Source of the DNA: Eledone cirrhosa
Lineage: Eukaryota
NCBI GenBank assembly: GCA_964016885.1
Contig: OZ024764.1
Coordinates: 28,334,001-28,398,000, forward strand
Direction of reading: 5' to 3'
DNA: 64,000 nucleotides
The notes under the pieces were generated by a model. The model was not told the origin of the DNA. It worked only from the letters and a program-made list of their open reading frames with translations, and did no database searches. This document shows positions 37,701 to 51,500 of this stretch, in pieces. The first letter of the stretch is position 1, and each line of letters begins with the position of its first letter. Both the position numbers and the translations under genes were made by a program.

Positions 37701-40700
37701 CACTTCTAAATGCTACTTTGTGCAGGACATCGAAGAGCGTATACATTTTTGTGGGACAGCCAGTTGTCGCCTCCTTACAGCACTTCTAAATGCTGTTTTG
37801 TGCAGGTCATCGAAGAGCGTATACATTTTTGTGGGACAGCCCGTTGTCGCCTCCCTACAGCACTTCTAAGTGCTGCTTTGAGCAGCTCATAGAAGAGCGT
37901 ATACATTTTTGTGGGACAGCCCGTTGTCGCCTCCTTACAGCACTTCTAAATGCTACTTTGTGCAGGACATCGAAGAGCGTATACATTTTTGTGGGACAGC
38001 CAGTTGTCGCCTCCTTACAGCACTTCTAAATGCTGTTTTGTGCAGGTCATCGAAGAGCGTATACATTTTTGTGGGACAGCCCGTTGTCGCCTCTATTCAG
38101 CACTTCTAAATGCTGTTTTATGCAGGTCATACAAGAGCGTATACATTTTTGTGGGACAGCGCATTGTCGCCTCCTTTCAGCACTTCTAAATGCTGCTTTG
38201 TGCAGGTCATCGAAGAGCGTATACATTTTTGTGGGACAGCCCGTTGTCGCCTCCCTACAGCACTTCTAAGTGCTGCTTTGTGCAGGTCATAGAAGAGCGT
38301 ATACATTTTTGTGGGACAGCCCGTTGTCGCCTCTATTCAGCACTTCTAAATGCTGCTTTTTGCAGGTCATAGAAGAGCGTATACATTTTTGTGGGACAGC
38401 CAGTTGTCGCCTCCTTACAGCACTTCTAAATGCTGTTTTGTGCAGGTCATCGAAGAGCGTATACATTTTTGTGGGACAGCCCGTTGTCGCCTCTATTCAG
38501 TACTTCTACATGCTGTTTTGGGCAGGTCATAGAAGAGCGTATACATTTTTGTGGGACAGCCCGTTGTCGCCACTATTCAGCACTTCTAAATGCTGTTTTG
38601 TGCAGGTCATCGAAGAGCGTATACATTTTTATGGGACAGCCCGTTGTTGCCACTATTCAGCACTTCTAAATGCTGTTTTGTGCAGGTCATCGAAGAGCGT
38701 ATACATTTTTGTGGGACAGCCCGTTGTCGCCTCTATTCAGCACTTCTAAGTGCTGCTTTGTGCAGGTCATCGAAGAGCGTATACATTTTTGTGGGACAGC
38801 CCGTTGTCGCTTCCCTACAGCACTTCTAAGTGCTGCTTTGTGCAGCTCATAGAAGAGTGTATACATTTTTGTGGGACAGCCCGTTGTCGCCTCTATTCAT
38901 CACTCCTAAATGCTGTTTTATGCAGGTCATACAAGAGCGTATACATTTTTGTGGGACAGCCCATTGTCGCCTCTATTCAGCACTTCTAAATGCTGTTTTA
39001 TGCAGGTCATACAAGAGCGTATACATTTTTGTGGGACAGCCCGTTGTCGCCTCTATTTAGCACTCCTAAATGCTGTTTTATGCAGGTCATACAAGAGCGT
39101 ATACATTTTTGTGGGACAGCTCGTTGTCGCCACTTCTAAATGCTGTTTTGTGCCGGTCATAGAAGAGCGTATACATTTTTGTGGGACAGCCCATTGTCGC
39201 CTCTATTCAGCACTTCTAAATGCTGTTTTGTGCAGGTCATCGAAGAGCGTATACATTTTTGTGGGACAGCCCATTGTCGCCTCTATTCAGCACTGCTAAA
39301 TGCTGTTTTGTGCAGGTCATAGAAGAGCGTATACATTTTTGTGGGACAGCCCGTTGTCGCCACTATTCAGCACTTCTAAATGCTGTTTTATGCAGGTCAT
39401 ACAAGAGCGTATACATTTTTGTGGGACAGCCCGTTGTCGCCTCCTTACAGCACTTCTAAATGCTGTTTTGTGCAGGTCATCGAAGAGCGTATACATTTTT
39501 GTGGGACAGCTTTTTGACGCCTCTATTCAGCACTTCTAAATGCTGTTTTATGCAGGTCATCGAAGAGGGTATACATTTTTGTGGGACAGCCCGTTGTCGC
39601 CTCTATTCAGCACTTCTATATGCTGTTTTATGCAGGTCATCGAAGAGCGTATACATTTTTGTGGGACAGCTCGTTGTTGCCTCCTTTCAGCACTTCTAAA
39701 TGCTGCTTTGTGCAGGTCATCGAAGAGCGTATACATTTTTGTGGGACAGCCCTTTGCCGCCTCTATTCAGCACTTCTAAATGCTGCTTTGTGCAGGTCAT
39801 AGAAGAGCGTATACATTTTTGTGGGACAGCCCGTTGTCGCCTCCTTACAGCACTTCTAAATGCTCTTTTGTGCAGGTCATCGAAGAGCGTATACATTTTT
39901 GTGGGACAGCTTTTTGACGCCTCTATTCAGCACTTCTAAATGCTGTTTTATGCAGGTCATCGAAGAGCGTATACATTTTTGTGGGACAGCCCGTTGTCGC
40001 CTCTATTCAGCACTTCTAAATGCTGTTTTATGCAGGTCATCGAAGAGCGTATACATTTTTGTGGGACAGCTCGTTGTTGCCTCCTTTCAGCACTTCTAAA
40101 TGCTGCTTTGTGCAGGTCATCGAAGAGCGTATACATTTTTGTGGGACAGCCCTTTGCCGCCTCTATTCAGCACTTCTAAATGCTGCTTTGTGCAGGTCAT
40201 AGAAGAGTGTATACATTTTTGTGGGACAGCCCGTTGTCGCCTCCTTACAGCACTTCTAAATGCTGTTTTGTGCAGGTCATCGAAGAGCGTATACATTTTT
40301 GTGGGACAGCCCTTTGTCGCCTCTATTCAGCACGTCTAAATGCTGTTTTGGGCAGGTCATAGAAGAGTGTATACATTTTTGTGGGACAGCCCTTTGCCGC
40401 CTATATTCAGCACTCCTAAATGCTGTTTTGGGCAGGTCATAGAAGAGCGTATACATTTTTGTGGGACAGCCCGTTGTCGCCTTTATTCATCACTTGTAAA
40501 TGCTGTTTTGTGCAGCTCATAGAAGAGCGTATACATTTTTGTGGGACAGCCCTTTGTCGCCTCCCTACACCACTTCTAAGTGCTGCTTTGTGCAGGTCAT
40601 CGAAGAGCGTATACATTTTTGTGGAACAGCCCGTTGTCGCCTCCCTACAGCACTTCTAAGTGCTGCTTTGAGCAGGTCATAGAAGAGCGTATACATTTTT

Positions 40701-43700
40701 GTGGGACAGCCCGTTGTCGCCTCTATTCAGCACTTCTAAATGCTGCTTTTTGCAGGTCATAGAAGAGCGTATACATTTTTGTGGGACAGCTCATTGTCGC
40801 CTCCTTTCAGCACTTCTAAATGCTGCTTTGTGCAGGTCATCGAAGAGCGTATACATTTTTGTGGGACAGCCCGTTATCGCCTCTATTCAGCACTTGTAAA
40901 TGCTGCTTTTTGCAGGTCATAGAAGAGCGTATACATTTTTGTGGGACAGCCCGTTGTCGCCTCCCTACAGCACTTCTAAGTGCTGCTTTGTGCAGGTCAT
41001 AGAAGAGCGTATATATTTTTGTGGGACAGCCCGTTGTCGCCTCTATTCAGCACTTCTAAATGCTGCTTTTTGCAGGTCATAGAAGAGCGTATACATTTTT
41101 GTGGGACAGCCAGTTGTCGCCTCCTTACAGCACTTCTAAATGCTGTTTTGTGCAGGTCATCGAAGAGCGTATACATTTTTGTGGGACAGCCCGTTGTCGC
41201 CACTATTCAGCACTTCTAAATGCTGTTTTGTGCAGGTCATCGAAGAGCGTATACATTTTTATGGGACAGCCCGTTGTTGCCACTATTCAGCACTTCTAAA
41301 TGCTGTTTTGTGCAGGTCATCGAAGAGCGTATACATTTTTATGGGACAGCCCGTTGTTGCCACTATTCAGCACTTCTAAATGCTGTTTTGCGCAGGTCAT
41401 CGAAGAGCGTATACATTTTTGTGGGACAGCCCGTTGTCGCCTCTATTCAGCACTTCTAAATGCTGTTTTGTGCAGGTCATCGAAGAGCGTATACATTTTT
41501 ATGGGACAGCCTGTTGTCGCCTCTATTCAGCACTTCTAAATGCTGTTTTATGCAGGTCATACAAGAGCGTATACATTTTTGTGGGACAGCTCATTGTCGC
41601 CTCTATTCAGCACTTCTAAATGCAGTTTTGTGCAGGTCATCGAAGAGTGTATACATTTTTATGGGACAGCCCGTTGTCGCCACTATTCAGCACTTCTAAA
41701 TGCTGTTTTATGCAGGTCATACAAGAGCGTATACATTTTTGTGGGACAGCTCGTTGTCGCCTCCTTTCAGCACTTCTAAATGCTGCTTTGTGCAGGTCAT
41801 CGAAGAGCGTATACATTTTTGTGGGACAGCCCGTTGTCGCCTCTATTCAGCACTCCTAAATGCTGTTTTATGCAGGTCATACAAGAGCGTATACATTTTT
41901 ATGGGACAGCCCGTTGTCGCCTTTATTCAGCACTTGCAAATGCTGTTTTGTGCATGTCATCGAAGAGCGTATACATTTTTGTGGGACAGCCCGTTGTCGC
42001 CTCCCTACACCACTTCTAAGTGGTTTTGTGCAGGTCATAGAAGAGCGTATACATTTTTGTGGGACAGCCCGTTGTCGCCTTTATTCAGCACTTCTAAATG
42101 CTGTTTTGGGCTTGTCATACAAGAGCGTATACATTTTTATGGGACAGCCCGTTGTCGCCTTTATTCAGCACTTGCAAATGCTGTTTTGTGCATGTCATCG
42201 AAGAGCGTATACATTTTTGTGGGACAGCCCGTTGTCGCCTCCCTACACCACTTCTAAGTGGTTTTGTGCAGGTCATAGAAGAGCGTATACATTTTTGTGG
42301 GACAGCCCGTTGTCGCCTTTATTCAGCACTTCTAAATGCTGTTTTGGGCAGGTCATAGAAGAGTGTATACATTTTTGTGGGACAGCTCGTTGTCGCCTCC
42401 TTTCAGCACTTCTAAATGCTGCTTTGTGCAGGTCATCGAAGAGCGCATACATTTTTGTGGGACAGCCCTTTGCCGCCTCTATTCAGCACTTCTAAATGCT
42501 GTTTTGGGCAGGTCATAGAAGAGCGTATACATTTTTGTGGGACAGCCCGTTGTCGCCTATATTCAGCACTCCTAAATGCTGTTTTGTGCAGGTCATCGAA
42601 GAGCGTATACATTTTTGTGGGACAGCTTTTTGACGCCTCTATTCAGCACTTCTAAATGCTGTTTTATGCAGGTCATCGAAGAGCGTATACATTTTTGTGG
42701 GACAGCCCGTTGTCGCCTCTATTCAGCACTTCTAAATGCTGTTTTATGCAGGTCATCGAAGAGCGTATACATTTTTGTGGGACAGCTCGTTGTTGCCTCC
42801 TTTCAGCACTTCTAAATGCTGCTTTGTGCAGGTCATCGAAGAGCGTATACATTTTTGTGGGACAGCCCTTTGCCGCCTCTATTCAGCACTTCTAAATGCT
42901 GCTTTGTGCAGGTCATAGAAGAGTGTATACATTTTTGTGGGACAGCCCGTTGTCGCCTCCTTACAGCACTTCTAAATGCTGTTTTGTGCAGGTCATCGAA
43001 GAGCGTATACATTTTTGTGGGACAGCCCTTTGTCGCCTCTATTCAGCACGTCTAAATGCTGTTTTGGGCAGGTCATAGAAGAGTGTATACATTTTTGTGG
43101 GACAGCCCTTTGCCGCCTATATTCAGCACTCCTAAATGCTGTTTTGGGCAGGTCATAGAAGAGCGTATACATTTTTGTGGGACAGCCCGTTGTCGCCTTT
43201 ATTCAGCACTTGTAAATGCTGTTTTGTGCAGCTCATAGAAGAGCGTATACATTTTTGTGGGACAGCCCTTTGTCGCCTCCCTACACCACTTCTAAGTGCT
43301 GCTTTGTGCAGGTCATCGAAGAGCGTATACATTTTTGTGGGACAGCCCGTTGTCGCCTCCCTACAGCACTTCTAAGTGCTGCTTTGAGCAGGTCATAGAA
43401 GAGCGTATACATTTTTGTGGGACAGCCCGTTGTCGCCTCTATTCAGCACTCCTAAATGCTGTTTTATGCAGGTCATACAAGAGTGTATACATTTTTATGG
43501 GACAGCCCGTTGTCGCCTTTATTCAGCACTTGCAAATGCTGTTTTGTGCATGTCATCGAAGAGCGTATACATTTTTGTGGGACAGCCCGTTGTCGCCTCT
43601 ATTCAGCACTTCTACATGCTGTTTTGGGCAGGTCATAGAAGAGCGTATACATTTTTGTGGGACAGCCCGTTGTCGCCACTATTCAGCACTTCTAAATGCT

Positions 43701-45680
43701 GTTTTGTGCAGGTCATCGAAGAGCGTATACATTTTTATGGGACAGCCCGTTGTTGCCACTATTCAGCACTTCTAAATGCTGTTTTGTGCCGGTCATAGAA
43801 GAGCGTATACATTTTTGTGGGACAGCCCGTTGTCGCCTCTATTCAGCACTTCTACATGCTGTTTTGGGCAGGTCATCGAAGAGCGTATACATTTTTGTGG
43901 GACAGCCCGTTGTCGCCTCCCTACAGCACTTCTAAGTGCTGCTTTGTGCAGGTCATCGAAGAGCGTATACATTTTTGTGGGACAGCCCGTTGTTGCTTCC
44001 CTACAGCACTTCTAAGTGCTGCTTTGTGCAGCTCATAGAAGTGTATACATTTTTGTGGGACAGCCCGTTGTCGCCTATTCAGCACTTCTAAATGCTGTTT
44101 TGTGCAGGTCATAGAAGAGCGTATACATTTTTGTGGGACAGCCCGTTGTCGCCTCTATTCATCACTCCTAAATGCTGTTTTATGCAGGTCATACAAGAGC
44201 GTATACATTTTTGTGGGACAGCCCGTTGTCGCCTCTATTTAGCACTCCTAAATGCTGTTTTATGCAGGTCATACAAGAGCGTATACATTTTTGTGGGACA
44301 GCTCGTTGTCGCCACTACTCGGCACTTCTAAATGCTGTTTTGTGCCGGTCATAGAAGAGCGTATACATTTTTGTGGGACAGCCCGTTGTCGCCTTTATTC
44401 AGCACTTGTAAATGCTGTTTTGTGCAGCTCATAGAAGAGCGTATACATTTTTGTGGGACAGCCCTTTGTCGCCTCCCTACACCACTTCTAAGTGCTGCTT
44501 TGTGCAGGTCATCGAAGAGCGTATACATTTTTGTGGGACAGCCCGTTGTCGCCTCCCTACAGCACTTCTAAGTGCTGCTTTGAGCAGCTCATAGAAGAGC
44601 GTATACATTTTTGTGGGACAGCCCGTTGTCGCCTCCTTACAGCACTTCTAAATGCTACTTTGTGCAGGACATCGAAGAGCGTATACATTTTTGTGGGACA
44701 GCCAGTTGTCGCCTCCTTACAGCACTTCTAAATGCTGTTTTGTGCAGGTCATCGAAGAGCGTATACATTTTTGTGGGACAGCCCGTTGTCGCCTCCCTAC
44801 AGCACTTCTAAGTGCTGCTTTGAGCAGCTCATAGAAGAGCGTATACATTTTTGTGGGACAGCCCGTTGTCGCCTCCTTACAGCACTTCTAAATGCTACTT
44901 TGTGCAGGACATCGAAGAGCGTATACATTTTTGTGGGACAGCCAGTTGTCGCCTCCTTACAGCACTTCTAAATGCTGTTTTGTGCAGGTCATCGAAGAGC
45001 GTATACATTTTTGTGGGACAGCCCGTTGTCGCCTCTATTCAGCACTTCTAAATGCTGTTTTATGCAGGTCATACAAGAGCGTATACATTTTTGTGGGACA
45101 GCGCATTGTCGCCTCCTTTCAGCACTTCTAAATGCTGCTTTGTGCAGGTCATCGAAGAGCGTATACATTTTTGTGGGACAGCCCGTTGTCGCCTCCCTAC
45201 AGCACTTCTAAGTGCTGCTTTGTGCAGGTCATAGAAGAGCGTATACATTTTTGTGGGACAGCCCGTTGTCGCCTCTATTCAGCACTTCTAAATGCTGCTT
45301 TTTGCAGGTCATAGAAGAGCGTATACATTTTTGTGGGACAGCCAGTTGTCGCCTCCTTACAGCACTTCTAAATGCTGTTTTGTGCAGGTCATCGAAGAGC
45401 GTATACATTTTTGTGGGACAGCCCGTTGTCGCCTCTATTCAGTACTTCTACATGCTGTTTTGGGCAGGTCATAGAAGAGCGTATACATTTTTGTGGGACA
45501 GCCCGTTGTCGCCACTATTCAGCACTTCTAAATGCTGTTTTGTGCAGGTCATCGAAGAGCGTATACATTTTTATGGGACAGCCCGTTGTTGCCACTATTC
45601 AGCACTTCTAAATGCTGTTTTGTGCAGGTCATCGAAGAGCGTATACATTTTTGTGGGACAGCCCGTTGTCGCCTCTATTC
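31797..45680. repeat. Near-perfect tandem block duplication, 2 x 6,942 bp (87 monomers)
   Basis: Private variants recur at offset 6942: CTTCTATATG 32671/39613, CTCTTTT ~32921/39863, GGGCTTGT ~35166/42108, double deletion ~37099+37133/44041+44075, TACTTCTACA 38501/45443. 6942 = 87x80 - 18. Confidence 0.95.
34930..35410. repeat. Tandem 3-mer (238 bp) duplication containing the 78-bp monomer
   Basis: AAGTGGTTTT occurs at ~35076 and ~35314, and the doublet is copied again at ~42018/42256 by the 6,942-bp duplication. Confidence 0.88.
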
Positions 45681-48501
45681 AGCACTTCTAAATGCTGCTT
45701 TTTGCAGGTCATAGAAGAGCGTATACATTTTTGTGGGACAGCCAGTTGTCGCCTCCTTACAGCACTTCTAAATGCTGTTTTGGGCAGGTCATAGAAGAGC
45801 GTATACATTTTTGTGGGACAGCCTGTTGTCGCCACTATTCAGCACTTCTAAATGCTGTTTTGTGCAGGTCATCGAAGAGCGTATACATTTTTATGGGACA
45901 GCCCGTTGTTGCCACTATTCAGCACTTCTAAATGCTGTTTTGCGCAGGTCATCGAAGAGCGTATACATTTTTGTGGGACAGCCCGTTGTCGCCTCCCTAC
46001 AGCACTTCTAAGTGCTGCTTTGTGCAGGTCATCGAAGAGCGTATACATTTTTGTGGGACAGCCCGAGGTCGCCTCCCTACACCACTTCTAAGTGGTTTTG
46101 TGCAGGTCATAGAAGAGCGTATACATTTTTGTGGGACAGCCCGTTGTCGCCTTTATTCAGCACTTCTAAATGCTGTTTTGGGCAGGTCATAGAAGAGTGT
46201 ATACATTTTTGTGGGACAGCTCGTTGTCGCCTCCTTTCAGCACTTCTAAATGCTGCTTTGTGCAGGTCATCGAAGAGCGCATACATTTTTGTGGGACAGC
46301 CCTTTGCCGCCTCTATTCAGCACTTCTAAATGCTGTTTTGGGCAGGTCATAGAAGAGCGTATACATTTTTGTGGGACAGCCCGTTGTCGCCTATATTCAG
46401 CACTCCTAAATGCTGTTTTGTGCAGGTCATCGAAGAGCGTATACATTTTTGTGGGACAGCTTTTTGACGCCTCTATTCAGCACTTCTAAATGCTGTTTTA
46501 TGCAGGTCATCGAAGAGCGTATACATTTTTGTGGGACAGCCCGTTGTCGCCTCTATTCAGCACTTCTAAATGCTGTTTTATGCAGGTCATCGAAGAGCGT
46601 ATACATTTTTGTGGGACAGCTCGTTGTTGCCTCCTTTCAGCACTTCTAAATGCTGCTTTGTGCAGGTCATCGAAGAGCGTATACATTTTTGTGGGACAGC
46701 CCTTTGCCGCCTCTATTCAGCACTTCTAAATGCTGCTTTGTGCAGGTCATAGAAGAGTGTATACATTTTTGTGGGACAGCCCGTTGTCGCCTCCTTACAG
46801 CACTTCAAAATGCTGTTTTGTGCAGGTCATCGAAGAGCGTATACATTTTTGTGGGACAGCCCTTTGTCGCCTCTATTCAGCACGTCTAAATGCTGTTTTG
46901 GGCAGGTCATAGAAGAGTGTATACATTTTTGTGGGACAGCCCTTTGCCGCCTATATTCAGCACTCCTAAATGCTGTTTTGGGCAGGTCATAGAAGAGCGT
47001 ATACATTTTTGTGGGACAGCCCGTTGTCGCCTTTATTCAGCACTTGTAAATGCTGTTTTGTGCAGCTCATAGAAGAGCGTATACATTTTTGTGGGACAGC
47101 CCTTTGTCGCCTCCCTACACCACTTCTAAGTGCTGCTTTGTGCAGGTCATCGAAGAACGTATACATTTTTGTGGGACAGCCCGTTGTCGCCTCCCTACAG
47201 CACTTCTAAGTGCTGCTTTGAGCAGGTCATAGAAGAGCGTATACATTTTTGTGGGACAGCCCGTTGTCGCCTCTATTCAGCACTCCTAAATGCTGTTTTA
47301 TGCAGGTCATACAAGAGTGTATACATTTTTATGGGACAGCCCGATGTCGCCTTTATTCAGCACTTGCAAATGCTGTTTTGTGCATGTCATCGAAGAGCGT
47401 ATACATTTTTGTGGGACAGCCCGTTGTCGCCTCTATTCAGCACTTCTAAATGCTACTTTGTGCAGGACATCGAAGAGCGTATACATTTTTGTGGGACAGC
47501 CAGTTGTCGCCTCCTTACAGCACTTCTAAATGCTGTTTTGTGCAGGTCATCGAAGAGCGTATACATTTTTGTGGGACAGCCCGTTGTCGCCTCTATTCAG
47601 CACTTCTAAATGCTGTTTTATGCAGGTCATACAAGAGCGTATACATTTTTGTGGGACAGCGCATTGTCGCCTCCTTTCAGCACTTCTAAATGCTGCTTTG
47701 TGCAGGTCATCGAAGAGCGTATACATTTTTGTGGGACAGCCCGTTGTCGCCTCCCTACAGCACTTCTAAGTGCTGCTTTGTGCAGGTCATAGAAGAGCGT
47801 ATACATTTTTGTGGGACAGCCCGTTGTCGCCTCTATTCAGCACTTCTAAATGCTGCTTTTTGCAGGTCATAGAAGAGCGTATACATTTTTGTGGGACAGC
47901 CAGTTGTCGCCTCCTTACAGCACTTCTAAATGCTGTTTTGTGCAGGTCATCGAAGAGCGTATACATTTTTGTGGGACAGCCCGTTGTCGCCTCTATTCAG
48001 CACTTCTACATGCTGTTTTGGGCAGGTCATAGAAGAGCGTATACATTTTTGTGGGACAGCCCGTTGTCGCCACTATTCAGCACTTCTAAATGCTGTTTTG
48101 TGCAGGTCATCGAAGAGCGTATACATTTTTATGGGACAGCCCGTTGTTGCCACTATTCAGCACTTCTAAATGCTGTTTTGTGCAGGTCATCGAAGAGCGT
48201 ATACATTTTTGTGGGACAGCCCGTTGTCGCCTCTATTCAGCACTTCTAAATGCTGCTTTTTGCAGGTCATAGAAGAGCGTATACATTTTTGTGGGACAGC
48301 CAGTTGTCGCCTCCTTACAGCACTTCTAAATGCTGTTTTGGGCAGGTCATAGAAGAGCGTATACATTTTTGTGGGACAGCCCGTTGTCGCCACTATTCAG
48401 CACTTCTAAATGCTGTTTTGTGCAGGTCATCGAAGAGCGTATACATTTTTATGGGACAGCCCGTTGTTGCCACTATTCAGCACTTCTAAATGCTGTTTTG
48501 C

Positions 48502-51500
48502 GCAGGTCATCGAAGAGCGTATACATTTTTGTGGGACAGCCCGTTGTCGCCTCCCTACAGCACTTCTAAGTGCTGCTTTGTGCAGGTCATCGAAGAGCGT
48601 ATACATTTTTGTGGGACAGCCCGTTGTCGCTTCCCTACAGCACTTCTAAGTGCTGCTTTGTGCAGCTCATAGAAGAGCGTATACATTTTTGTGGGACAGC
48701 CCGTTGTCGCCTCTATTCAGCACTTCTAAATGCTGCTTTGTGCAGGTCGTAGAAGAGCATATACATTTTTGTGGGACAGCCCATTGTCGCCTCTATTCAG
48801 CACTGCTAAATGCTGTTTTGTGCAGGTCATAGAAGAGCGTATACATTTTTGTGGGACAGCCCGTTGTCGCCACTATTCAGCACTTCTAAATGCAGTTTTG
48901 TGCAGGTCATCGAAGAGCGTATACATTTTTATGGGACAGCCCGTTGTCGCCACTATTCAGCACTTCTAAATGCTGTTTTATGCAGGTCATACAAGAGCGT
49001 ATACATTTTTGTGGGACAGCTCGTTGTCGCCTCCTTTCAGCACTTCTAAATGCTGCTTTGTGCAGGTCATCGAAGAGCGTATACATTTTTGTGGGACAGC
49101 CCGTTGTCGCCTCTATTCAGCACTCCTAAATGCTGTTTTATGCAGGTCATACAAGAGCGTATACATTTTTATGGGACAGCCCGTTGTCGCCTTTATTCAG
49201 CACTTGCAAATGCTGTTTTGTGCATGTCATCGAAGAGCATATACATTTTTGTGGGACAGCCCGTTGTCGCCTCCCTACACCACTTCTAAGTGGTTTTGTG
49301 CAGGTCATAGAAGAGCGTATACATTTTTGTGGGACAGCCCGTTGTCGCCTTTATTCAGCACTTCTAAATGCTGTTTTGGGCAGGTCATAGAAGAGCGTAT
49401 ACATTTTTGTGGGACAGCCCGTTGTCGCCTTTATTCAGCACTTCTAAATGCTGTTTTGGGCAGGTCATAGAAGAGCGTATACATTTTTGTGGGACAGCCC
49501 GTTGTCGCCTTTATTCAGCACTTCTAAATGCTGCTTTGTGCAGGTCATCGAAGAGCGCATACATTTTTGTGGGACAGCCCTTTGCCGCCTCTATTCAGAA
49601 CTTCAAAATGCTGTTTGGGCAGGTCATAGAAGAGCGTATACATTTTTGTGGGACAGCCCGTTGTCGCCTCCTTACAGCACTTCTAAATGCTGTTTTGTGC
49701 AGGTCATCGAAGAGGGTATACATTTTTGTGGGACAGCCCGTTGTCGCCTCTATTCAGCACTTCTAAATGCTGTTTTATGCAGGTCATCGAAGAGCGTATA
49801 CATTTTTGTGGTACAGCTCGTTGTTGCCTCCTTTCAGCACTTCTAAATGCTGCTTTGTGCAGGTCATCGAAGAGCGTATACATTTTTGTGGGACAGCCCT
49901 TTGCCGCCTCTATTCAGCACTTCTAAATGCTGTTTTATGCAGGTCATCGAAGAGGGTATACATTTTTGTGGGACAGCCCGTTGTCGCCTCTATTCAGCAC
50001 TTCTAAATGCTGTTTTATGCAGGTCATCGAAGAGCGTATACATTTTTGTGGGACAGCTCGTTGTTGCCTCCTTTCAGCACTTCTAAATGCTGCTTTGTGC
50101 AGGTCATCGAAGAGCGTATACATTTTTGTGGGACAGCCCTTTGCCGCCTCTATTCAGCACTTCTAAATGCTGCTTTGTGCAGGTCATAGAAGAGCGTATA
50201 CATTTTTGTGGGACAGCCCGTTGTCGCCTCCTTACAGCACTTCTAAATGCTGTTTTGTGCAGGTCATCGAAGAGCGTATACATTTTTGTGGGACAGCTTT
50301 TTGACGCCTCTATTCAGCACTTCTAAATGCTGTTTTATGCAGGTCATCGAAGAGCGTATACATTTTTGTGGGACAGCCCGTTGTCGCCTCCCTACAGCAC
50401 TTCTAAGTGCTGCTTTGTGCAGGTCATCGAAGAGCGTATACATTTTTGTGGGACAGCCCGTTGTCGCTTCCCTACAGCACTTCTAAGTGCTGCTTTGTGC
50501 AGCTCATAGAAGAGCGTATACATTTTTGTGGGACAGCCCGTTGTCGCCTCTATTCAGCACTTCTAAATGCTGCTTTGTGCAGGTCGTAGAAGAGCATATA
50601 CATTTTTGTGGGACAGCCCATTGTCGCCTCTATTCAGCACTGCTAAATGCTGTTTTGTGCAGGTCATAGAAGAGCGTATGCATTTTTGTGGGACAGCCCG
50701 TTGTCGCCACTATTCAGCACTTCTAAATGCAGTTTTGTGCAGGTCATCGAAGAGCGTATACATTTTTATGGGACAGCCCGTTGTCGCCACTATTCAGCAC
50801 TTCTAAATGCTGTTTTATGCAGGTCATACAAGAGCGTATACATTTTTGTGGGACAGCTCGTTGTCGCCTCCTTTCAGCACTTCTAAATGCTGCTTTGTGC
50901 AGGTCATCGAAGAGCGTATACATTTTTGTGGGACAGCCCGTTGTCGCCTCTATTCAGCACTCCTAAATGCTGTTTTATGCAGGTCATACAAGAGCGTATA
51001 CATTTTTATGGGACAGCCCGTTGTCGCCTTTATTCAGCACTTGCAAATGCTGTTTTGTGCATGTCATCGAAGAGCGTATACATTTTTGTGGGACAGCCCG
51101 TTGTCGCCTCCCTACACCACTTCTAAGTGGTTTTGTGCAGGTCATAGAAGAGCGTATACATTTTTGTGGGACAGCCCGTTGTCGCCTTTATTCAGCACTT
51201 CTAAATGCTGTTTTGGGCAGGTCATAGAAGAGCGTATACATTTTTGTGGGACAGCCCGTTGTCGCCTTTATTCAGCACTTCTAAATGCTGTTTTGGGCAG
51301 GTCATAGAAGAGTGTATACATTTTTGTGGGACAGCTCGTTGTCGCCTCCTTTCAGAACTTCTAAATGCTGCTTTGTGCAGGTCATCGAAGAGCGCATACA
51401 TTTTTGTGGGACAGCCCTTTGCCGCCTCTATTCAGAACTTCAAAATGCTGTTTGGGCAGGTCATAGAAGAGCGTATACATTTTTGTGGGACAGCCCGTTG

